Shown here in pieces: positions 1 to 10,300 of a stretch of 61,719 nt of DNA. The stretch covers positions 1 to 61,719 of IMG/VR virus record IMGVR_UViG_3300045999_005102, one strand, 5' to 3'. Below the pieces are notes generated by a model, which was not told where the DNA came from, searched no databases, and saw only the letters and a program-made list of their open reading frames with translations. How positions within the stretch are numbered: the stretch's first letter is position 1; every line of letters starts with the position of its first letter. The DNA is from a virus. Its lineage: Duplodnaviria; Caudoviricetes. Position numbers and translations under genes: made by a program.

Positions 1-4
1 GGGC

Positions 5-703
5 ATGGCTCTCAAGACAAACACCACGCTCCTGGCGCAGCTACCCCTGCGCCAGATCGGCGGCTCGCCGGGAACTTTCCGTTCCATGTGGAGGCGTGGT
101 GACCGGATGAACCAGTCCGTGGGCGAGGGCATCCCGTCCAAACTAGCGGGCGTCCCCAGCGGGCACTTGGCTCCATCGTCGTGGGTGCTGCCGTACAAGC
201 CGGGGGCGATGTCGTCGTTCACCAATCTGGTGGTGACGGTCACGCCGGGTACGCTCAACCTCGCGGCGGGGCGCAACATCAGCGGCGATGCGGCGGTCAC
301 GATCACCGTCAACCCGGCCGATGGCCAGCTCATAGTCTCGGCGGCCGGCAACGCTTCCATCACGTTCGACCTGGCCGCCAACCTGGCCGGCGCCCTGTCG
401 GCTGCGGGCAGCACTTCCTTTTCGTTCACAGTGCCCAGCGCCACGCTCGGCGCCATCGTCGACGCCGTGGGCGCTGCGCTGGTCCAGTTCTCAAACAGCG
501 CCACGATCAGGGCCACGGGAAATTTGAGCGGCGACATCACGCCCTTCACCGAGCTGAGCCCGCAGTCTTTGGCGGCGGCCGTGAGAACAAACCTGGAATC
601 CGGCACCCCGATCCCGGTAGACGCCCAGCGCATCAACGGCGCCGAAGTCATCGGCGATGGCACCACCGGCAACGCATGGCGGGGCCTTGGTGTTTCGCCG
701 TAG
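5..703 (+). CDS. Putative virion structural protein (Ala/Gly/Thr-rich)
   Basis: 232-aa ORF with genome-typical codons, continuing the structural block from the right end of the window. Confidence 0.7.
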   Translation: MALKTNTTLLAQLPLRQIGGSPGTFRSMWRRGDRMNQSVGEGIPSKLAGVPSGHLAPSSWVLPYKPGAMSSFTNLVVTVTPGTLNLAAGRNISGDAAVTITVNPADGQLIVSAAGNASITFDLAANLAGALSAAGSTSFSFTVPSATLGAIVDAVGAALVQFSNSATIRATGNLSGDITPFTELSPQSLAAAVRTNLESGTPIPVDAQRINGAEVIGDGTTGNAWRGLGVSP

Positions 704-1355
704 CAGCTTTTCCGACCAGTCGTTCAAGGCCGACTCATTCGAGTTCGGCGACGACATTGGCGGCACCGCACAAGGACAGACCACAACCGGCGCGGGAACA
801 GTCAGCGTCGCCATCACGGGCAGCGCGACCACGGCGCAAGGACAGACCGCAACGGCATCTGGCGTCCTGGCATTCAGCGGAACTGCCAACACGGCGCAAG
901 GGCAATCCAACGAGACTGCTGGAACACTGGCGTTCACCGGGGCCGCAAACGCTTCGCAAGGGCAATCCATTGCCGGCACTGGCGCCCAAGCGTTCAGTGG
1001 AGCGGCCACCACCGCACAGGCTCAAGCCGTTGATGGTGCCGCCACCCTGGCGTTCAGTGGCGCAGCCGGCACAGCGCAAGGGCAGGCCGCTGATGGCGCG
1101 GGCACAGTCCTGGGGGGCATCACCGGATTTGCCGAGACAGGCCAAGCACAGGGAATTGTTGCGCGTGGCTTTTACGACGAGTTCCTGGAGCCGATAGGCG
1201 TCGGCGCAGATGCTCGGATTGCTCGGCGCCGGTCAGAATCAGACACCTTCGTTCCAGCCGACGTGCTGGCAATGCGCCGCCTGGACGAAGATGAGATCTT
1301 GCTTGTCATGATCGCCCGCGCTGTCACCTCTGGGGCCTTGAACCAATGGCACTGA
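690..1355 (+). CDS. Putative structural protein with ~20-aa repeats (AFSG..TAQGQ)
   Basis: GTG at 690 overlaps the upstream gene. About six repeats of type LAFSGAANTAQGQ; acidic/hydrophobic C-terminus DEDEILLVM. Confidence 0.7.
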   Translation: MFRRSSFSDQSFKADSFEFGDDIGGTAQGQTTTGAGTVSVAITGSATTAQGQTATASGVLAFSGTANTAQGQSNETAGTLAFTGAANASQGQSIAGTGAQAFSGAATTAQAQAVDGAATLAFSGAAGTAQGQAADGAGTVLGGITGFAETGQAQGIVARGFYDEFLEPIGVGADARIARRRSESDTFVPADVLAMRRLDEDEILLVMIARAVTSGALNQWH

Positions 1356-4300
1356 ACACCAAACTCGCCGGGTCCGGCTGCGTCGAAATCGCCGCACGGA
1401 TTTCCCAGGAAGACCAGGACGCGCTGCTGCAGCGCCTCGAAGACCTGGAGGCGGCCGGCACCGGGCGCAAAGAGGCCCAGGTCATCGCCGCGCAGGACGC
1501 CCTGCAGGCGATCCTCGATGAGCGCAAGGAGTTTCAGCGGCTGCTGCGCGAGCAGCACCCGGATCTCTTCGCCGACGACCTCGACGCAATGTTCGATGAC
1601 GTCCTGGCCGAGGAGATGGGCAAGGACAAGGCCGAGGGCAAGAAACCGCTGCGCACGGTGCGCCAGGCGCTGGGCTCCGCGGCCAAGAACACCGGCTCGG
1701 GCCTGACCAACGCTATCGACGGCCTGGGCAAGTTGTTCGGCGGCAAGCCGGGGCAACTGAACTCCGGCATCGGCTTCGACGAGGAGACCTACGCCAAGGC
1801 CAAGCCGTTCTTCCTCCAGGCGATCAAGAACCTCAAGGACGCAGCCCAGGATCTGCGCGAAGCCATGCGGGCAATCGTGCGCATGGTGCTGGACAAGTTC
1901 GGCGCCCAGGCCGCGGAGAACATGAAGCCCTACGTGGTGCGCTTCATGAAGGACGTGCAGGCGGGGGAGGTCAAGTTGGAAGGCCCGGCCACCGCCACCG
2001 AAGGCGAGCGCGTCACCCTGGCGCGTGGGTTCCTGCAGGACTTCGAGGCGGGCAAGTCGTTCGGCACGATCGTGGCAGCCCGCACGCGGGCCAGCGAGAT
2101 CATCGGACGCAAGATCGAGCCGGGCACCGCTGACGCGAAGCTGGTGGACGAGGCGGTCGAACTGGCCGGGGTCATGTTCGCCCGGGGCGTGGTGCGTGCT
2201 GGCGGCACGGCGGTGGAGATCTACAACCGGCTGCAGGAGTTCCAGGAGAACCAGATGCCGGGCCTGAACGTGCGCGACACGATCAGCCTGCGCAATCAGG
2301 CCTACAGCACGCCGCTGCCCCTGGCCTACGTGGCGAGCAAGCTCGCGGGCATCAACTTCCAGACGACGGTCCTGGAGCCCACGGCCGGCAACGGCGCGCT
2401 CGTAATGCGCGCCATGCCCAGCAAGACGGTCACCAACGAGATCAACCCCGACCGGGCCGAGGCGCTGCGCGCCCAAGGCTACACGCCCACGCAGGAAGAC
2501 GCGGCGACGATGAAGTTCGCGCCGAAGTCGGTCAAGGTGGTGATCGCCAACCCGCCGTTCGGCCCGCGTGGCGACGAGCGGTGGCAGATCGACGGCCTGG
2601 ACACACGGGAGATCGACCACGCCATCTCGCTGAACTCCCTGCAGGCCATGGATGACGACGGCACGGCCGTGCTCATCATCGGAGGACCGATCGCACGCGA
2701 GGACGGCGCACGGCGCGACACCTACCGCGGCAAGAGCAAGCGCGAGTTCTTCTACACGCTTTACAACTCCTACAATGTCGTCGATCATTTCACCGTGGCC
2801 GGCGACCTGTACGCTAAACAGGGCGCCACGTTCCCGGTCGATGTCATCGTCATCAAGGGCCGCGGCAAATCGAATCGAGCCCTGCCGGCCGCCCAGTTGC
2901 CGCAACTGGTGGACACCTGGGACGCACTACGGGAGAAGCTGAATGCCAATGCTGATGACTTGGGCGCCGAAGGGACAGGAACTCCTGGGGGCGATACGCG
3001 GGGTCAAGGGCCAGGAACTCAGCCGGGATCTGTACCCGGTACTCCTCCGACGCCGACTGGAGCAGATGGTGGAGACGGCGGAACCAGAGGACGTCCAACA
3101 GATGGAGGATCTGCTGCTGGAGGCGGGACTACTGGCACAGCCACTGGATCGAACCAGGATCGGCCGGGAGGTGGTCGAGGACAACGAGGAAGTCCTGATG
3201 GAACTGCGCAGCCGGGGGATACCGGGACGGATGCCACCGTCCCTGGAGACCAGCAACTCGGCAGCGGAACAGACGGTGCTCGAAACCAACCTGCTGGAGT
3301 GGACACACGCGTTGGTGAGCGGAAGGATCGAGCGCGGGTAAGCGAGGACGACGCTGGCAAGCTCCAGGTCAAGTACAACAACTTCTCCGGCAACAAGTCG
3401 GTCAACACCCTCGTTGCCACCAACCACCTGACGGCCATCGAGCGCGCCTTCGAGGCGCTGCGGGCCCGGGTCGGTGAAATCGACGAGTTCGTGCGCAACG
3501 AACTCAAGTACACCCCCGAAGAGTTCAAGAAGTCGTTTTCGGCCGAACAGGTCGAGGCGCTGGCGCTTGCCATCGACAACATCAAGCGCGGGGCCGGCTT
3601 CATCATCGGCGACCAGACTGGCATCGGCAAGGGCCGGGTCGTGGCGGCCATGATCCGCTACGCCAAGCTCAACGGCAAGACACCGGTCTTCGTCACGCAG
3701 ATGCCGGACCTGTACGGCGACATGATGCGCGACCTGAACGACATCGGCATGAGCAACATCAAGCCGCTGATGACGAACAACAACGCCTCGGTTCCGCTCG
3801 ATGCGGAGGCCCTAGCGTGGTTCGGCGAGAAGCAGGGCATCCAGACCCAGATCGCCGAACTGCAGGACGACATGGACGTGCTGGCCATCGCCGACCTGGG
3901 CAACAAGCTCAACGGCATGGAGGACGCCGACCGCAAGAAGGAGATCGCGGCCGAGGTCAAGCGGTCCACCAACCCCGACATCGTGGCCATCAAGCAGCAG
4001 ATCATCGAACTGCGAGCCGAGATGCCCGAGCGCCGCGGCAAGTTCCTGGAGACGCCCGAGATCGAGCGCCACGAGTCGATGCTTCGCGGCATAGTTGAGT
4101 CCAACTCGATTGGCAACTTCGATGTGATCTTCACCACCTACAACCAGATGGCGCCGCTTGACTCAGGCAAGCCCAGGCGCGATCCGGGGACGGGGTTGAG
4201 GGTTCGCAACCCGGTGAAGTTCGGCTACCGCAATGCGTTCCTGCAGCACTTCGTCAACAGCGACTCCATGCTGATTCTGGACGAGTCGCACAACGCGGGC

Positions 4301-7300
4301 GAGGCCGGCGACGGCAGGTTCCCAAAGGTGGGCGACGTGGTGCGGCAACTCATCAACGCATCGGGCGGGGTCTTCTACTCGTCGGCCACCTTCGCCAAGA
4401 ACCCGAGGGTGATGGATGCCTACAGCAAGACCGACCTGGGTAAGGCGTTCGGCAACGTCACGACGCTGATCGAGAACATCAGCAGCGTGCCGATGCAGCA
4501 GACGTCGTCGGCCATGCTGGTCGCGGCCGGCCAGTACCTGCGGCGCGAGCGGTCGTTCGATGGCATCGAGTACCGCATCGACAGCGTTGAGGTGAACACC
4601 CAGGACGCCGAGGACGTGAGCGAGGCCATGCGCCTCATCGTGGACTTCGATCGGGCCAAGCGCGCCGCAATCCAGGATATCCAGGACGCCCTGGACTCCG
4701 AGGGCGCAGTGATGAGTGCCGGTGGCGCCGGCATGTCGCAGGCGTCGGTGGACTCGGTGAACTTCACCTCGGTGATGCACAACGTCATCAACACGTTCCT
4801 TCTGGCGCTCAAGGCCGAGCAAGCGGCCAACAAGGCGATCGAGGCGATCCGCAGGGGCGAGAAGCCTGTCATCACCGTGGCCAACACCATGGGGGCCTTC
4901 ATCGCCGAGTACGCCAGTGCCGAGAACCTGGGCATCGGCGACAAGATCGAGGCCAGCTTCGCCGACATCCTCACGCGCTACCTGGAGAAGACCCGCACCG
5001 TCACGATCAACAACGGCGACGGCTCGCAGACCAAGACTCGACTGACCGACGAGCAACTGGGTGACGAAGGTGTGGAGGCCTACAACGCGGCCCGCGACTT
5101 CATCGAGGAACTGGAACTGTCGGTCCCGCTGTCGCCCATCGACCACATCAAGCAGTTGATCCAGGGGGCCGGGCACAGCATCGGCGAGATCACGGGGCGG
5201 CAGACGATCGTTGACGAGAACGGCGTGCTGCGCAAGCGCCCGAGCGCCGAGATGAACACGGCCGGCAAGAAGAACACGATCGCCAAGTTCAACGGCGGCC
5301 AACTCGACGCGCTCATCATCAACCGCTCCGGCTCGACCGGGCTGTCGATGCACGCCTCGGAGACCTTCGCCGATCAGCGGCGGCGCGTGATGGTGATCGC
5401 CCAGGCCGAACTGGACATCAACAACCACATGCAGATGCTCGGCCGGGTCAACCGGACGGGGCAAGTCAGCGCCAACGGCAAGGCGCCGCCAGACTTCACG
5501 GCCACCTTCGGCCTGCCGCGCTACGTGCAGATGACGGCCAACGTGCCGATCGAACTGCGCCCGGCTGCGGTGCTGTCGAACAAGATGGCCGGTCTGAGCG
5601 CCAACACCACGGCCGGCCGCAAGTCGGCGGTCGAGGACAAGAGCGCGCCGGACTTCATGAACAAATACGGCGACCGGGTGGCTGCCGAGTTGGTGGGCAG
5701 CGATCAGGCGCTGAACTTGCGCCTGGGGCTTCCCGTGAGCTTCGACGAAAACGGCCGGCCAGCGGTGGATGGCGCCATGGCCAAGGTCACCGGACGCATC
5801 GGCCTGCTACCGCTCAAGGATCAGAACGAACTCTACGACCAACTCGGCGCGGCCTACGTCGAACTGATCGCGCAGTTGGACGCCCTCGGCCAGAACGAAC
5901 TGGAGGCCAAGACCTACCCGCTCGACGCCAAGACCATGGCCACCCGCGAGGTGATGCCGGCCGACGCGGGCTCCGATAGCCCGTTCACGGCCGCTGTCAA
6001 CGCCGAGCGTGTCAACGTCAAGAAGCTCGGCAAGCCCTGGCCCAAGGCCAAGGTCGAGGAACTGGTGCGCGGCGCGCTGGGGATCACGGACGGCAACCAG
6101 ACGGCGGCCAACGTCGCCAAGCTCAAGCGCGCCGAGATGCTGAGTCAGATGCGGCGCGACATCGCCGCCGAACAGCAGGCCAACACCGCGGAGGCCGGCA
6201 CGGACCCCGACAAGGTCACCGAGGCCACCAAGAAGAACGACGCCCTGGACCGGGCGCTCACGCGCTTTCAGTCGATGCTGCCCACCATCGGCCAGGGCGT
6301 GAAGCTGGAGACGGACTCAGGCAACCTGTACGGCATCGTCACCAACGTCGAGCGCAAGGGCAAGGCCAAGTCGGCTGGATCTCTGAGCGTGTGGAAGATC
6401 CGGGTTGCCGTGGTCGATGGCGCCAAGAGCATGACGTTCTCCATGACGCAGTTGGCCGCCACGCCGGAGGAGCGTGCTCTGCGCATGGACGGCGTGATGA
6501 TCTCGCCAGCCACTGAGATGACGGTCATCTCCCAGGATGGCAGCGGAACGGAGCGCGTGCCGATCGCCGACGGATTCGACCGCGGCCAGACCGATGCCCG
6601 CGAGACGCGCTGGATGATTACCGGCAACGTGCTGCGCGGCTACTCGCAGTTCAAGGGCCGCATCCTCAACTACACCGACAGCAGCGGCAACATCCTGCAG
6701 GGCATCATGATGCCTGCAAACTTCGACCTCGACGCTGCGCTGCGCAGGGTGAGGTCGGAGATGAGCGACCCCGCGAAGATCGCCGCGCTTCTGGATGCGG
6801 GCGGCGTGGTGGTGGACAAGGAGACGGGCGGCGACGTCGTCACGCTCAAGCGCAGCGGCGGGGCCTACATCATCGAGGTGCGCCGCAGCGGCACGGGCAA
6901 GAAGATCTCCAAGGATCTCGGCCCGTACTTCTCGTCGGTCGGCAACAGGATGCGTGCCGAGCTATGGAAGAACGGGGAGAGCGACAAGTTCCTGGAGGCG
7001 GTGCGCGGCATCATCAACGTGTTCAAGACGCCCCTGATCGCCGACAAGGACTCGGATTCGATCCTGCGCGGGATGCAGGAGAGGCAGCAGCCGCCGAATC
7101 CGATGGACTTTGCGCGCCAGCCACCCATCCTCGATGTCACCGGCATCAAGGAGATGAAGGGGCGCCACCTTCAAGTCCAGGCCGCGGCTCGCCTGCTGGA
7201 GCAGGGCAAGATCACCCGCAGCCAGTACGACGCCTACGTTGACTTCTACAAGCCAATCGAGTTGATCGAGCCTGACAAGCTGCTCGCGCCCACGTCGGAC

Positions 7301-10300
7301 GAGAAGATGCAGCAGACGGTGGACGCGGGCAAGCGTGACAAGGTCAACGTGCCGGTGGCCGATGGCACCAAGGTCGGTCTTCGCATGGATCTGCCGGCTC
7401 GTGATCGCGGCGGCTCTGTGGTCTCGATCCACGAAGGCAACGCCGGCAGGGCTTCGGCCGGCAAGATCATCAGCTTCCAAAGCACCGGATGGTTGAAGAA
7501 CGTCACGTTCGAGACGCGCAGTCAGACCAAGGGCCTGAAGATCGCCACAGGCGCGGCCAAGGAGCCGCTGCAGACGGTCGAGGGCACATGGTTCAACCTG
7601 TCGCCCGAGGACGCGTTCGCTAGGGCCAAGGCGCTGATGAGCGACCCGGCCTGGAAGCAGATCGGGTTCGACCCCACACGGCACGGCTACTTCTACGACA
7701 GGGCCACAAGGCAGCCTGTTGTGGCCGCTGACGAGGTCTACCAGATCGGCCAGTTCCTCATCGCCAAAAACGTCCAGTTCGCGCCGCGTGAGTCGTTCCT
7801 GTACGCGCCGCCGCCAGACATCCAATCCCCCTCCCTGGCCTTCAGCGAAACCCTGGAGTCGGTGCGGGCCGACGCGCTGCCCACGCTCACGAGCCTGGAG
7901 AAGAAGCGTGACGCGGGCAAGATCACCGAGTCCGAGTACCGCCTGGGCGTGCAGCAGTTGATCGGCCGGATGCAGCGGCGCAACGAAGAGCGCACCTACC
8001 GCAGGGTGGTCAGCGGGCGCAAGCGCGGCACCGACTGGATCATCGCCAAGATGCGCACCGGGGTCTCGCAGGGCACCGTGACGAAGGAGGCCGCTGACTT
8101 CGCGCAGTGGCTGCTCGATCAGAACCCGCACATGGGCGATGGCCTGGGGATCAGCATCAAGAGCGCCGAGAAGGACCGCACGGCAGCCGGCCAGTACGAC
8201 TACGTCAGCAAAGTATTCACGCTGGTCACGGGCAGGATGAGCGACACCACAGCCGTTCACGAGGTCTTGCACCACGCCGAGCGGATGATGCCGATCGAGG
8301 TGCAGGACGGCGTGCTCAAGGAGTGGATCCGCGCTTGGGACGCAGCCTACAAGAACGGCACCCCAGAAATGCGGCAAGCCCTGAATGACATGCTGCACTC
8401 CGGGCTGTTCGGCGACAAGGCGGCGGGCGATCGTCTGCGTGATGCCTACGCCAAGGGGGTGTGGAACTACGACGACCACTACCAGTTGTTCAGCCCGTCA
8501 GAGTTCTGGGCGGTCAACGCCACGCGCATCCTGTCGGGGCGGTATGCGGCCAAGGGCTCGTGGGTCAAGCGGGCGATCCAGTGGATGAGGGAGTTCATCC
8601 AGCGGATCAAGGCCGTCTTTGGCCTGCGCTCTGATGCGCCGATCATCGAGGGCCTGAACGCCGTCATGGAGGGCAACGGCACGTTCCTGTCGCGGCAGAT
8701 GTTGTCGGAGCAGGCGGTGCTGGAAGTTGCCGAGCGCACGCGCCGCGCCCCGCAACCCGCAGCGCCCACCGTCAACGACTTCGCTCGCAACATCACCGAT
8801 GGACTGATCCAGCACTACGGCCGGCCCAAAGCAAAGTTCAAGACGTTCAACGCCTACGACAAGACACTGTCTACCCAGTTCAATAAGGCGCTGAAGGACC
8901 GCGACTTCGGCAAGGTCTTCGCCTACGCGAACGCGATGCAGAACCAAGTGTCGCTGTCGTCGCTGCGGCCGTCCGAGTTGGCACCCAGGCTGCTGCCACG
9001 GGTGGACGACATCGTCTCCGCGGCCCGCACCATGGTGAAGGGACGAGTCGATGATGCCGACACCCAGGGCGCGGCCAACGCCATCTTCGCGGGCACGCTG
9101 GACGGCGCGAGCGTGCTGGAGGGCCGGGTCTGGAGCGAGGAAGAGTTGCGCACCCGGTTCGATCTGACCGACCGTGGCGTGGCGCTCTACAACGAGGCCA
9201 GGGCCGCGATCGACGCCAGCCTGGACGAGGTCTCGGCAGCCGAGGCGTACTCGATGGTGCAGGTCTTCGTGACCAAGGACGTGCGCCGGCAGATCATCGA
9301 CAACCCGCAGTCAGCCCAGCCCCTCATCACGGCGCAGTTGCGCCGGATGTTCGCCCAGCTTGAGGCGGCCATCAAAAAGGCTCAGGAGTTGGGCTTCGAG
9401 GATCGTGTCGCTGAACTGGAAGCGACCCGCGACTCGTACCTCGAAGTGCAACGCAAGGTCGAGTCGGTCTTCAACCTGGGCCGGGCCATGAAGGCTGCAG
9501 GCTACGCGCCCCTGATGCGCTTCGGCAAGTTCACGGTGCAGGCCGAACTCGTCAACCCGGAGACGGGGCAACTGATCCGCGGCGACGACGGCACTGCGGC
9601 CACCCTGTACTTCGAGCGGTTCGAGACCGGGGGCGAGGCTCAAGAGGCTCTGCGCAAGGCTCAGATGCTGCACGAGGGCAACCCCGAGGTGCGGGTGCGC
9701 TTCGGCACGAACAGCGAACTGCAGCACGAGATGTACGCCGGCATCTCGCCCGAGACCCTGGCGCTGTTTGCCGAGGCCGTGGGTGCCAAGGACGTCATGC
9801 GCACCTACTACCAGGACGCCATCTCGGAGCGGTCGGCGCTCAAGCGGCGCCTGAACCGCAAGGGCGTGCCGGGGTACTCCAAGGACATGCCTCGGGTGCT
9901 GTCGAACTTCATCACCAGCAACGGCCGGTACGCCGCGCAGCGGTTCTACCTGCGCGACCTGACCAACGCGGTGAAGTACATCCCGCAAGAAAAGGGCGAC
10001 GTCAGGGACGAGGCGATCAATCTCAAGAACTTCGTCATGAACCCCAACGACCCGGCCGCTCCGGTGTCTACGTTGGCCTTCGCGTGGTTCCTGGGCGGCT
10101 CGGTAGCGGCCATGTTCGTCAACATGGCCCAGCCGTACATGGTCACGTTCCCGCACCTGACGAGGTTCGCCAGCCCAGCGCAAGTGACCGCTGTCATGGC
10201 CAAGGCGCACCCATACGCCTGGGGCCGCAAAGAGATCACCGACCAAGACCTCAAGCGGGCTCTCAAGCGCGCCAGCCAGGAGGGCATCGTTGACGCCCAG

